Below, one piece after another: positions 1-13,670 of a stretch of DNA of 64,000 nt. Position numbers and translations under genes: made by a program. The first letter of the stretch is position 1, and the number at the start of each line of letters is the position of its first letter. This stretch comes from Eledone cirrhosa. Its lineage: Eukaryota. The DNA is taken from the NCBI GenBank assembly GCA_964016885.1, contig OZ024743.1, forward strand, positions 6,882,001 through 6,946,000. The letters are read 5' to 3'. Below the pieces are notes generated by a model, which was not told the DNA's origin, searched no databases, and saw only the letters and a list, made by a program, of their open reading frames with translations.

Positions 1-322
1 ATTGCATCCCGTAACTCTTCGGGAAGTCGTAGTGTTGTCGTATTAACATACGGCATTTCTGGGGCATTTTAAAACCAGGCGGAGCCCATCCCTCTCCATG
101 TTTAAACACAGCAAATTTCTTCCAGAGAAGGATAGAGAGAGTAAGAGAATGAAAGAGATATAGAGGAAGAATCAACCCTTATTAGACTGGTACTATTTTA
201 TCGACCGCGAATGGATGAAAGGCAAAGTTGATCTCAGAGGGATTTGAACTCAAAGAACAGAGCAGAAACGAATACCGCAAATCATTCTATCCAACGTTTT
301 AACGACTCTGCCAATTCGCCCC
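1..322 (-). mobile_element. tRNA-derived SINE (long-tail subfamily)
   Basis: Same head and core as the copies at 16920, 17650 and 42183. Confidence 0.85.
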
Positions 323-1090
323 CTGGAAATACATTACTTTTGGCTAATTAAATTAAGTTTAAGCTTTGTTTAAGTAAAATGTGTTCACTTTGAAATCGCT
401 ATTATCACTTAAATCTCATAAAACGAATCTCATATGTGCCTGCAAATACTGAATCTTCATTCATCAGTGTTTTGTTGTTTGTTTTTTTATTTCGTTTTAC
501 TGAATTGAAAGGTTACAAAAGAAAGAAAAGAAAACAAACAAAAACATTAGTATGAGAGACATACCCTTAACGAATTTTAATTTTAATTTTATAATATTGT
601 TTGATTTTATTTCTCATTAACGTTTTAACAAAATGACGTTAAGTGAGGGCTGCTTATATTATAGTTTCCACTGTAGGGACATTCCCAACATAAACTTTTG
701 ACTAAAGACCATAACAATTTAGGTGCCTTCTCACAATAACATTCTAACCAGCAATACAGAGCAGCGTTAATGCTAGCAAGGAATATCTGAGTTCTTTTGG
801 TCTACATTAAATCACCTTTTCCGTCATCCAAGCAACCGCCACCACAAGCTGGGTGTAGCTGTAATCACTTCAATAATCTAATTACGAGTTTGTTTGCTAC
901 TCGCTAAGACTTTATTTTTTTCTCTTTTTCTGCCTTTCTCTTACATGTCATATGCGCGATGAAACATTTTCTGCTTCCCTCTCCAGTTCACGACTCACTC
1001 CTCCAGTTAGGGCATCGTGGATCTAGCTACAAATCTGCAACATCCCACCTCCTAACTCACACAATTCCCTAAGTCCTTCATATTTTAGGC

Positions 1091-1121
<31 letters not shown>

Positions 1122-1143
1122 TATTAAGGCTGAATAGTGAGTC

Positions 1144-1189
1144 TTGTTACACTGGAATTTCGCCTGTTTATCACAGGGTCATCAGACAA
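1144..1189 (-). ncRNA. Minimal type I hammerhead-ribozyme-like motif (degenerate)
   Basis: TTGT-CTGATGA-C-CCTGT(GATAA)ACAGG-C-GAAA-TTCCAGT-GTA-ACAA: core CUGAUGA/GAAA/GUA with stems I and II, embedded in (TA)n. Confidence 0.55.
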
Positions 1190-1887
1190 TATATATATAT
1201 ATATATGCTACTAGTTAAAATGAGTAAGACCATTATTCAAGTACTCTATATTTAAGTAGAGTGTAAATATTTCTATACGAATTCTTGGCCCGACGTGAAG
1301 CTAAAACCGTTTCGATATATATTTTACATACAAGTGTATGTGTTTTCCTTCAATTATCCGATCTATTGAAAGAAAATGGGATGGGTGGATTTAAAAGCAA
1401 TATTGACAGTTCTATGATATTTCTTTTTTTTTTTGTGAATCGTATAAGAACCCGCATGCCTTAGAAAGAAGCATAAATATATATATTAGAAATCGTATAA
1501 CAAAACTAAATTGATGGTAAATAATGACAAAATATTTCATTCATGCTGTCAACAATAAAAATATATACATATATATGACTAACCAGATATCACGATCTTA
1601 AACTCCTTATATTTCTGTGCTTATTCGACGAAAGCTGACCGAAGTTGAATCACACCATGTTCAAAAGACAATTAAGTTAAATTGAAAGATGAAAAATAGG
1701 TCACCATAATCAAATATTATAGAGTAAATAAATAGATCTAAAATAGTATATCATTTTATTACTGGGTTAAATGTAATGTAGTAAGTCAAATGGTTGCTGC
1801 TCATCTACTATATTCAGTGCGGACTTGTGAGAAAAGAGTAATTATAACTATGGATAACCAAAATTGACATTAGCATATATGTATATA

Positions 1888-1936
<49 letters not shown>

Positions 1937-2321
1937 ATGTACTAGCAGTAGTACCCGACGCTGCTCGGGGGAAAATGACTCAGTTGGAGGACAATTTCTT
2001 GGAAAATAATTATTGCAAATGTGCATAAATATATTATTTGAAACACAACGCTTATATTCAATGTAAGTGTGTGTGTCCACGTCTGTGTTCTTGCTTTTGT
2101 CTCATAACTTAGAAGTTCGGCAAATCGAGACCGATGAAATAAGTACTGGGAACGATATGATAGCCAAAATATTTCAAGGCGTTGCCCCAGTGTGACTGCA
2201 GTCCAGTGTCGAATGATTGAAATCAAATGAGAGAAAGATACATTTCCATTGTTATTGTTTGATTTCTTTGTTGATTGTATATGTGTGGAACTAAAACATC
2301 ACTGCACCTCACCACCCTTAA

Positions 2322-2543
2322 CCCTTTAGCATTTACATTACTCTATATATATAATATTGTATTTTATTGGTAAAGGCTTTACCTTACATAATATCTCACC
2401 TGATATTGAATCTATGAGATTTTGATATTATTCATTTTGAGAACAATACCCTAACATAAGTATGAGGGGCCAGTTACAGCTGGTTATGACCAGTTTGAAC
2501 AGAAAGAGGTGAGAGAATTCTGGCCGGTTTAAATGTTAAAGGG
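2322..2543. mobile_element. piggyBac-type MITE family A (about 200 bp)
   Basis: TTAA|CCCTTTAGCATTTA...TAAATGTTAAAGGG|TTAA; further copies near 6384, 8017, 10535, 13046, 21303, 22039, 22845, 30243 and 61015. Confidence 0.88.
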
Positions 2544-3585
2544 TTAAACATGAACAGCACACAATTAGAGCCCCCATGTTCGCTCTAAATTCTAGGCCTC
2601 AATCTTATTAAGAATTTCTCATAGCAAATGCACATCCTAAACATAGCTAGGGCTCTATCTAAAAGACTGGCTCTTATGTTTAGAACCAGAAATATCTTCA
2701 GCCCTTGACTACTTCAGATTCTTACAAAGCTCAGGTAAAATCCACAGTAAAATGCTTCTGCCACACACAAACATCCTAGACGAAATCCAGAAAAAGGTCC
2801 CTCATCTGATTGGCATAGAATCACTGACAGATACACTCCAGCCCACCAACGTTCTGTCTCCTCTTACTCATTTTTCTATCATTACTATAATGGTCTCTGC
2901 AACCCTCACTCAGACATTTCTGCTTCACTCATCTCTCCTGCTCTCGTCTATATTGTGCCCAGGCCCTGCACTAAACTAACTATTACATCCAAGATTTCTT
3001 CCCCCAGAACATTGCCTCTCTGGAATTCTTTCCTTGCACATGTCTTTCATGCATTAGTCAACTAAAATCAATTTAAACTGAACATCAACAGCTTCAATCT
3101 TATCAGTCTCTGAGGGCCTACAAAGGTCATGGGTATAACCCCTTCAACCAGACATAGCAAAATCTATATATAAATTTCTGCGATTCTGTCACAAAACGTA
3201 AAGAGAAAGGAGTAGTTTGACTACCTCATACTACCCCTCTCTCTTTACGTCTTCTGCCTGCATGACTGTAAGGAAGGGTGTGGTGAAAAAACTGCACTGC
3301 ATGTGAGTGTGTTTGTGTAAATATGTTTGTGTGAATGTATGTCTGTGAGTGTGTATTTTTATGTGTCTGAGTTTGCGCATTTATATTTATATACTCATAC
3401 ATATAAATGTATGCATATGCACATATGCGTCAGTGTGTGGAAAAAGATTCTAGTAAAATGAAACTGGTAATTAAAATGTATACTGTTCAATGTGTGTGTG
3501 CACATGCAAGCAAGAATGTTTAATAATATGTGTGTATCCCCTCCACACAAACATTCATAGAAATGAAAAGCTTGTTTGCACTTAC

Positions 3586-3636
3586 TTTACTCCCAAGTGT
3601 ATCATCCAGGGAGAAGTTTCTTAGCTTTTCTTCCAT
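3586..3636 (-). CDS. Possible first coding exon of an unidentified minus-strand gene (MEEKLRNFSLDDTLGSK)
   Basis: AAAAAAATGG start context, 17 open codons, then AAA|GTAAGT donor; no downstream exon identified in the window. Confidence 0.3.
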
Positions 3637-4071
3637 TTTTTTCGGCGCAAACACTTGAACAAGGAGACAAACTTGCCTTTGAAGTAGTGTTGTTTCAGAA
3701 CAGCATTTGGAAAATTTGAACCAGAAACACAGCTTTTATCACTTTATCAGTTTTTTTTACATTACTATTATACTTCTCAACTGGTTCATGAAGGAAAGTT
3801 AATGTTTTACTTTTGTACACTATAAATGTAATCTTACTAATACAACTGAGTATATTCAAAAGCTGAAGTATTGAGAATAAATATTTTATAAATAGGATTA
3901 AAAAATTTGGAAGAGTGGATTAGAACAAACATAGTTAACTTGTGACAATTCTCGTTGCTTGATATCTGTTGATACATGTATAAACACATGGCCTGGCGGA
4001 CATGTGTTTTAAATATATAAAAAGCTAAAGAAGCTTCAATTTTTACATAAATTATTTTAATAGCTTCTTCT

Positions 4072-4660
4072 TTATTCACTTATTCCTGAGAGGGTCGTGA
4101 GGGCAGAGTCCTCAAACATTCCTTTCAGGTCCTGTCAGAAGCAACTGTCTCCAACTTATCCGGCTGGATCGCCAAGCAAGACCAGCCAAGGTCATGGATG
4201 TTATCCAACCATTTTGCTCAGCATCTCCTGCCAGCTGGTTTTGCCATCAAATCTGTCCAGCGATTCTTTCCTGAGACATTCTAACCACATGGTGGTAGTA
4301 TCGGAGCTGTGATCTCTCAATTCAGAGAAGTAGTAGTAGCTCTACCTGGAGTGGCTCTCTGATCTCCGAGCTATGCACACTAATGAGTAACGTTACTCCA
4401 AAGATCCTTCAGGGGAACCCCATTTCAGCCACTTGTATTCACGATCATATTCTTTCGGTCATTTCCCAAGGTAAGGGTTGGCACGAATACCAAATTGAAA
4501 ATAGCAGGTTTGGCTTTTACACCTACCTCCATTCTTCTGATGACTGAAGCTGGTACACTACTGCGCCAACTCCTGCACTCAATTCAGCCTTCTGGCATCC
4601 ATCACTCATGAACACAGCCCCAACATACTTCAACTTCTCTACCTGCTTCAGTGGAACATC
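4072..4660 (-). mobile_element. Rex3/Expander-like LINE fragment (same family as 42440)
   Basis: Reverse-complement similarity to 42440-43030 and direct similarity to 60180-60965. Confidence 0.75.
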
Positions 4661-5125
4661 TAGCCGTTCTGCTAAAGAACGGGTATCTATCTATTATCCT
4701 CACTTTGTTCCACAGAGTTTGGAGACTCCCCTTTTACGTTTACAAATGATCAGCCATGCCTGTTTTCTGTTACCCCAATGATTAGTTTTAAATCTTAACA
4801 TCCTGTACCATGCGAAACCACATTAGCAAGACAATCTTGAAAAGTACAAAACAGCATTTATCACTATAACATGAAAGCATTTTATTTTTTGGCAAATTTT
4901 TCCAAAGATCTGTCTCACTTTGTCAAAGTAACCCTCAAAACATAAATACACACACACTACAACATAGTGGGATGCACTGCTGCTGAACAGCTGTCAGACT
5001 TTGATCAAGTTCACCTTATCCACCTTTGCTGCAGCCATCACTAGAAGCTACAGGTATGAAAGCATGTCTAATATGTAACATTACATTACATACAATTAAC
5101 CAATGCATGTGCAGTTAGACTAGAC

Positions 5126-5731
5126 CAAGGGAATGCAACAGGCGGCCTGCGGGCCACAATCGGGCCCGCCAGACCACGATGACCGTTTCTAATTTTTACC
5201 TTGTAGGCTTATTTAGAATTTTTTTCGTAACTAATACAATTTTCTGTTAGTTGACCTATACTAAAGGACTTCACTGATAGGGTTATGTGTGTTATAATTT
5301 CCCAGTTCCATGTTATGGAAAGTATCTTTGGAATAGTGCTTAATAAATATGAATGAAATTATATTATTTAAAAGCCCATTGTAATAATTTTATATTATAT
5401 ATTTATAAACACACACACATACAGGAAAGGGAAAACATACATACACACATGAAATTTACTAGAAATAGATACCGAAGTCAGCTTCGAGTTGCCACATCAC
5501 ATCAGTCAAACCAGACATTGATAAATTGAGCAAAAACACCAAATACCAAGTCTCACGTTAATAAAACTAAATTATATTTTATGTCTTTATTGTTTAAAAA
5601 TGTATTGACAATGTATTTATGACTCAATTCACTGGTTTTCATTAGATTACATATTTTTGCCAGCGATTGGCCCTAAAAGTTGTTCCAATGTTCAAAAGTG
5701 GCCCGCCAATAGAATATGTTGCACACCCCTG
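5126..5731. mobile_element. Non-autonomous hAT (Charlie-like) DNA transposon
   Basis: Imperfect TIRs CAAGGGAATGCAAC / GTTGCACACCCCTG, perfect 8-bp TSD GACTAGAC, GGCCCGC subterminal motifs. Confidence 0.9.
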
Positions 5732-6039
5732 GACTAGACAGTGGTACGATATATCTAGAACAATAGTTATGAGTCTGACTTGAATAACCATATATATATA
5801 TCATCAGCATCATGATTTTATATTTGCTTTCTATGCTGGCAAGAATTGTCAGTTTTTGGCATGCATTTTCATGCTGGATGTGCTTCCTAATGCCAACCAT
5901 AGAGTGGTGTATTTTATTGTAGCACCTACAGTAAAAATGTTAGTGATCTCTCAATCCTACATATATATATGAGTCCCGGGTTCAATCGGGGGTAACCACA
6001 GTAAGGTACTCAATACATTAGTAGAGTGTAAACAGCATA

Positions 6040-6114
6040 TTTAATATAGAAATGGCTTCTACTGGACTAAAACTGAAACAGTTCTAGTCCTGTAGAAGCC
6101 ATTTTTATATTAAA
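6040..6114. repeat. 36-bp-arm hairpin inside a (TA)n-flanked element
   Basis: Arms 6040-6075 and 6079-6114, loop AAA. Confidence 0.9.
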
Positions 6115-8016
6115 CATAATATATATATAAACCATATGCCATGTGTTTATACACTTATATGCCTGTAACTCTTAAAAAAACATGCTCTCAATACACTTCC
6201 TATCTGCCCTCTAACCCATTTGTCACTGTAAATAGTTATTTCATTAAAGTTACTCATACATTTAATTGTCATTTGTACATACACGCTGGACATTTATGGA
6301 ATTATATCCCAGAAATGATTAAAATATCATTATCTTTAATCACTTCCACATGTCAATAATAAAAATATAGGGCATCTCTTAACTCTTTAGCATTTAAACC
6401 GGCCAGAATTCTCTCATCTTTTTCTGTTCTAACCAGCCACTCATGGTATTAAGGTATTGTTCTCAAAATAAATAACATCATCATCAAAATCTTGTAGATT
6501 CCATATTATGTGAGATAAAGCCTTTACCATGAAAATATGTAAATGCTAAATAAACCTTTAATTTTTTATAACCCAGATTGAACGATTGTTCATATATTCA
6601 TCAATCCTGTTATATGACATAGTCCTGAACTCCAAAAATTAAATATGCTATTTCCATCATTATTGACAGCACAGTGTGAATATGATGATTAATAACCTTT
6701 AGGAAGAGGAAAATTCAATAGATGTGTAGAGTATATATTTTTTATTGAGGGAAATGAAGACGTAATGCCTCAAAGTGACTGAGCAGCTTCATCTCTGCAG
6801 AGAATCATTGGAAGTACTCAGCACGCATATTAAGATCAATCCAAATATATAAATTCTGGAAAAACATATTTTGTATTTCAACTGTGAGATCCAAAGCAAG
6901 ATGGTTGGATAACATCCATGAGCTTGGGGATCCAGCTGCTTCTGACAGGACCTGCTGGAAGGAGTGTTTAAGGACTCTTCCCCCACAACCCTCTCAGGAA
7001 TAAGTGGGAAGAGGAGAACTGTGAGAATTAAAACCCATGTCAGCCAATTAACAATGTGAAAGTATAAGCAATTGCATCTGATCATATTGATTAGTTAATT
7101 TGAAATAAAGTATTTTGTACCTTATAAAGAGGCAAGTCAAAATGTCCCATCTAAGACCAAGGAAGTCAGTTTCAGTTCTAAGAACTTCATGTAATACAGA
7201 ATTGAAATATGGCAAGTTGTTGCAGTGTAAATCCATGTTTCAGCATAGTTAACCCGAGGATGATATGTATATGTAGTGAAATTTTTCCTACAAAAATTTT
7301 CTTTTCTGCCTCACAGCCACCAAACGACTAGCCTGTGACCTGAGCCAAAAACTTAGATAATATTCTCTTGTAGAAAGCTCTAGGCACAAGAGTGACAAAA
7401 ACAGAATAGCTGAAAAGGCCACCTGTTTAATGATTCCTGGCAACTTAATTATTATATAAGCAAGATTTTCAACCCCAGAACACATTCTGCTTTTCAGCAC
7501 AACAAAATAGTCAGCTTTCAATTCAAGATTAGTTTGTTTGGCCACATAGTAATGCAGACATACACACTAGCCAGCCCTGCTGGAATCAGCACTAGCTGAG
7601 TTTGCTACACAGGCTACTATGTATTTGCATGCACAACATACTGCACTTTTTTCTTTAGTTCACTGCTGCACATGATTTAGAAGTAAATCATGTTATAAAT
7701 AAAAACATTTAAATTAACAGTGTCTTGTTCATTTTATTCTCATGCATGTGATTTGGGAAAATCCTTTTCCCCACGATAATGTCACTGCACACCACAACAA
7801 ACGAGTACAACTACATGTTTTCTTGAACATAACAAAACTTTGCTCAACTCTATGGAACACTTCATTTACTCACTTGCCAGCAAGCAACTCACTCATTCAA
7901 CTACTTTAAGAACTTCATCTCACAACTAATACTACCATCCAACAAATGAACTAAACATATGTATATATCTTTGTGAATATGTGTGCGTGTATAGATGAGC
8001 ATATAAATTAACTTAA

Positions 8017-8217
8017 CCCTTTAACATTTACATTACTCTATATTTACTATTGTATTTTCACGGTAAAAGCGTTATCTTACACAATTATCTCACATCATAT
8101 CGAATTTATGAGATTTTGATAATATTCATTTTGAAAACAATACCTTAACATGAGTATGAGCAACTGGTTTGAACAGAGAGAGGTGAAAGAATTCTGGCCG
8201 GATTAAACACTAAAGTG
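8017..8217. mobile_element. piggyBac-type MITE family A copy
   Basis: TTAA flanks; same internal sequence as 2322-2543. Confidence 0.85.
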
Positions 8218-10534
8218 TTAATATAACAGTTCAAATAAATATTAAAGTTAAACATCAACTGCATCAATCTCGTTTGAAAGGACCTACAAGCCATGCATGG
8301 GCACTACGTCTTCACTGATTTACTTTAAGTTTAAAAGAGGTTAAAATTACATTTCTTACCAGTTTTATTCACCAACATTTGGTTGAATACTTTCCTTTAA
8401 TGTTTTAAGAAATTAAATTATTTAGAAGACCCAGAAAGATATAATAAAATTTATTGTCATTAAAAAGAAGGAAAATCCTCCATAAGCACAAATGTCAAAG
8501 CTCACAGAGCTGAATATATTAAATAGCAACCCTGTACATTAAAGAGATTGAAAGAATCAACAGTAGATTAGGCACAGCAAAACGAATTTTGCCAACATAA
8601 AAAAAAAGGCAATAAATACAACTTGAATTACATAAAATAGTGTTATCCCAAATAAGGAATTAAAACTATTATAGTTTAACATCTGAGATGTAATTTAGAA
8701 CTTTATATGCACAAGATTTACATGAATGGTGAGCAAGGGTTGGCTAAACTTAAGACTATGAATTGACAATATGTAGATAAGTGTTAATACCTACACAAGG
8801 GTAGATGCTACCTGTTTTTTCTCAGTCATGCAAAGCTTGTATGATGTACAATGTTGAATTATGAAAAAGACTCAGCACACGTGAGTTAAGAAAGCAGTTG
8901 GGTATCAAAGGCACTGACCAATGCATACGAGTAATGCTTGCATTGGTGTAGACATAATATAAATGGAAGTTGTGCTACTTGCAAAAGTGTTTGCTAGGGA
9001 GGGGGAGGATATAAATGTGGTAAAAGTATACCAAGGAAGACATAAGAGGTTACAAAGTCTAGCATGAGAATGTTTGCCCACACAGACTAGAGATGATACG
9101 GAGATTGATACAAAAACAATGCAAACTCATTCAACCCATGCATACATGGGAAAATTGATATTAAAACAAAGCTGTTAACATCAGCTTTTATTTATATTTT
9201 GCTAAGAAATCTATTTTTCTTGCCTCTCTATTTTTTCCTGTATTGAATTGACATTTTAAAACTATTTTATATACTAAGTGAAAGAATGGAACATTTAGAA
9301 TAAATTAAGAAAGCTACAGTTAAAGGAATTTCAATAAAACAAAACATTTTCTTTCATTTTACAAACCAATTTCAGTCCAGCTAAAAAAAGTGTAAATATG
9401 CAACATATGAAACATTTTGTAAATATGCCAAATACACAGAAATACTTTTTATTAAAAGTAGTTATCTAAGAATTTCAAGGAACATTCCCAAAATAGAGAA
9501 GTACATGGTTGAAATTTGTTTCAATTTGAATACTTCTACTTTCAAAAACAACCAGACTAACTTTTGATATATAAATATACTTCAATTGTCAACAAGTTTA
9601 ATGAAACATTTTATTAGTTAAAATAAACCATGCACTAACTATAGTTGATGCAATTATTGATAAGGCTGCAAAGTTAAGACACTGGGGTCCTTTCTCATCA
9701 AGAGATGAAATTTTATTACATTTTCTAGATAAGAAACCCTATCCAAACTTAATTAATTGCTCTGCCTAGCAGACAACAAGGTTGGGATAGGCTAAGCTAA
9801 GATGGAAAAAAAATTTACTTTGGCAGCAAATGTATGGCTAAAAGTCTTATTCACATCATCAGTAAGAAATATTTGTGATGGTTTAGTGTGATGGAAGGCT
9901 TGAACAATCTTAACAATTGTTTTTTATTTGAATTCTTCGATTTCTTTGAGAAGCAAAGCAATTTAGACTGTACTTTGTTTAAGCAAGCATTTCAAATGGA
10001 ATAACTTACATTTTTAAAGCATGATGGATGTGAAAGTATTCATAATGGCTAAATTTTATCCCTCAAATTGTGCAATGGTATCTAAGTGGATCAGCTATAG
10101 GATTTTCTTGTATCTCTTGGACTGGTTGGTCCTGCATGCTTTTGTAGTTTAATAAGATTCTTTATAAATGTTATTAGTTTACAAGATAATTTTTTTCCAA
10201 ATCATAATGATCCATAAGATCAATCCTTATCCAGTTTCCATTGCATTAAAAGCAAATCGGATATAAACCTTCTCCCATGGATAGTCAGCTGCAATGAAGT
10301 ATTTCATCTGCAGTACTTATTTTCAGCTAAACAGACTCAGCTTCTAAGATTTCTAATAGTACTGATTTGGCTAGTTACTAGCTTAGTACAAACCAAGGTT
10401 GGTGACTCAACCTGATAGAAATACAGCTAAATCTTTCTCAAATCACACTTCACTGTCACAAAACTATGTATTTTATAAATTTTTACCTAAAGCTTACTAG
10501 ACTGTAACATATGTTATACATTTATCTTATTTAA

Positions 10535-10741
10535 CCCTTTAGCATTCACATTACTCTATATATACTATTATATTTTCATGGTAAAGGCTTTACCTCACGT
10601 AATTATCTCACATAACGAATCTATGAGATTTTGAAAGTATTTATTTTGAGAACAATACCTTAACATCAGTTTGAGCGACCAGTTACAGCCAGTTTCAACA
10701 GAAAGTGGTAGAGAATTCTGGCCGGTTTGAACATTAAAGCG
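10535..10741. mobile_element. piggyBac-type MITE family A copy
   Basis: TTAA flanks; same internal sequence. Confidence 0.85.
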
Positions 10742-11545
10742 TTAAAAAGATTTGCTATTTTGTATCTTATATATCTCAAAATTTCTATACACCATTAAAG
10801 ATAGATTTGTCATATACAAAAAAAAAAAAAAAAAAAAATGTAGCAAATTGAATGAAAACATGAGTGTAATTGAAAATATTTGCCTTAAGGACACCAATAT
10901 TCCTTCCCGCCTTTCTGAAGTAAAAAAAAAAAATTACATAAATATAAAACTTATTAGACATAATCAGTTGAACCACATATAAGCCACTTTTAAAAAATGT
11001 TAGAGAAAAGACAAAATCTGCCATTTTTGACTTGATCAATAGTTTCCTATATGTGTAGAACTGAAGAACTGTAATCTTTAGAAAAGTTAACCATTTGTCT
11101 TTTAAAAAAGACATACTTTATCTTTATTGACTGAGAAATTTTTTTTCTAGCCTAATATAAATTTTCTTTTTTGCATCAGATGCAATTTGTAAATATAAAC
11201 ATTCACTTCTTAAAATTACAAACTGACATTTATTATAAAAATTATAAACATTTTTCTTGTTCTTGCTAAAATGAAAGCTGTAAATAATTTGATCAAATAT
11301 ATTTAAATAACAACAATGTATACTTTTCATTCAACATAAAATAAGACATGATTACTTGTAGCTTTTTCTGATGAATATGCCCAAATATCTTTGCAAATTG
11401 ACAAATTTTATTTACATCTGTTACATTGAAATTTGAATAATATCAATTTAATCTTAACACATTTTTTAAAAATTCACATTGTACTAAAAATATTTTGGAT
11501 TTAACTGAATATTCTGATTCAGCTATCGAAGTAAAATAACATTAA

Positions 11546-11771
11546 CTCTCTCATTACCATATTTCTAATGATATACATTGTATTTCAATTAATTAATGAA
11601 AAATTTGGAGGGAATTGCTAAAATTATTTAATTATTAAGACAGCATTTGTAACAAATGGTCCTTATATAAAATTATCTTGGAAGATATTAATTTAAATAG
11701 GAACCCTTTAAATTGGGTGGTTTTGTTTCACAGAACCAAAGCCAGTTCTGGCTGGATGAATATCAACCGTG
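11546..11771. mobile_element. piggyBac-type MITE family B
   Basis: TTAA flanks; related copies near 19040, 20455, 23445 and 56822 end in ...TATCAAAAGGGTTAA-like termini. Confidence 0.7.
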
Positions 11772-12724
11772 TTAATATATATTTAAGGCTACCATATGTC
11801 TCAGGAGACCAAAGATCTATACCCAGAAAATTCCTCTCCAAGGAGCATACCTGGGCAAGGTTTTTTTTTTTATGGAAGACTAGCAGTCACCCATGCATAT
11901 AAGTCTCTCCTCTGCACACCACCGATGTTGTCTAAGCACCAGTGATGTTGCAGGTGAAATCAGAAAGTTAGGAAGTCATTAAATACTTTGTAGTATATTT
12001 ATTCCAGTTCTTTGAGTTCAAATCCCACTGAGGTCAACTTTGTCTTTCATCCTTTCAAGGTTGATAAATAAAGTACCAGTCCGAGACTGTGGATTAATTT
12101 TTCAATTGTAAATCATTGTACGTATTTTATTTTTTTCATCTTTTCATTGTTTTATATCCATATTTCTACACTAGCATGGGTGGAATGCTTTTTGTGAATT
12201 TTGACATTTCACAAATATCACCAAGCATAAATTTTAGTAAATGTAAGCTTTAATATATTTCATGTCATATTATTCATATAAAATTAGGGCATTGGCAATA
12301 TAACTCAATGGTGAAGGAAACGAATACTAAATGAACTGCACAGAAATAATCATTATCACAAATCACACTAAATCAACACTCATACATACTGAATACAAAC
12401 GGAACAATTTTGTATTTATCATTTCATTAAAGCATATTTCATTATCACTTCTGACAGTTCTCAAAATTAACACAAAATAACATACAATTACTTCACAATG
12501 GAACAAAACATTCTCCCACCATATAGAAAAAATATTTTGCTTTTATACATCAATTATTTTACAGCAAGATTTAATATTTTTAACAAAGTAACTGAAATGA
12601 CAAACAAATGTCAATGATGATTGATAAGAAAACATTAAAGATGATAAATGTATTTCATTTAAAATAATAATTTCATTATAATATTAATAAAAATATAATA
12701 ATTATAATGAATAATAGTCAGTAT

Positions 12725-12924
12725 CTAAAAAACACAACCAAAAAAGTCTGTTATGCCTTCTTCGTCTGTCAAATTAAACATATAATCTTCCATATAGATA
12801 GGTGGTTCGAGATGAGTTAGTGTTGAATCAAGATTTTGGTCTTCGGTTTGCTGTAAAAGATTTGTGTTGGCATCTGGAGATATATCTTGTTCTTCAAGCA
12901 ATGCATTTTTCAATGAAACTTGTG
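12725..12924 (-). CDS. E2F3: E2F coding exon 9 (last), transactivation/pocket-protein (Rb)-binding region
   Basis: ...LEPPIYMEDYMFNLTDEEGITDFFGCVF* resembles the DY-F-L---EGI-DLF Rb-binding motif; acceptor TTTTACAG|; TAG stop. Confidence 0.92.
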
Positions 12925-13495
12925 CTGTAAAATAAAGTCAATAATCATTAGTATATTAATAACCGTCTGGTTTCAGTCACCACACAAGTGTTTTAAGTTG
13001 ATTATATCAACCCCAATACTTTGTCTGGTACATATTTTATTTTAACCCTAAAGCATTTACATTACTCAATATTTACTATTGTATTTTTGCAGTAATGGCT
13101 TTACCTCACAATATCGAATCTATGAGATTTTGATGTTATTTATTTGTGAACATTCGTGTGAGTGGCCAGTTACAGCTGGTTTGAACTGAAAGAGGTGAGA
13201 GAATTCTGGCCAGATACAGCCAGTTAAGGCACCTTAAATTCTGTATTTTCATTAACTCCAACGTTTACCCAAAACAACCTTTACACAAAGACTTAGTATG
13301 CTCACTGTACTGTTAGGTCAAGATAACATTTTCCCCAAAACTGACTGCCATATCTCTTGAGCTAAACCAGAAACCTTCGTTTCTCCACACCTCAAGCAAA
13401 TAAATCTTTCATTTTTTTACTAAAGAGCTATAAATTATTACAATCAATTTGACAGGCTAGGTTCAATTAAAGACAAAAAAAAAAAGAATACTTAC

Positions 13496-13670
13496 TTTTA
13501 AAGCTATCACAGGATGTAGAATCTTCTGATAATTGTTCTTCACTAATACTACTACTATTATTATTACGACCTTCAATTGCTGGTGTGTGCTTTACATCTT
13601 TTTTTACATCATCAGGACACAAATACACTTCGATAGCCTGACTATTACTTTTTAACCAAATCTGAATATT
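13496..13670 (-). CDS. E2F3: E2F coding exon 8
   Basis: NIQIWLKSNSQAIEVYLCPDD... (end of marked box); acceptor GAAG|, donor A|GTAAGT. Confidence 0.92.

Noticed and set aside
3197-3250. Hairpin containing TGAGGTAGT on the minus strand as a let-7 gene
   Set aside because: Only the first 9 nt match let-7, and they fall mostly in the loop rather than a stem arm.
8400-12724. Defined E2F 3' UTR and poly(A) site
   Set aside because: Many AATAAA candidates occur in AT-rich DNA; none can be chosen without transcript data.
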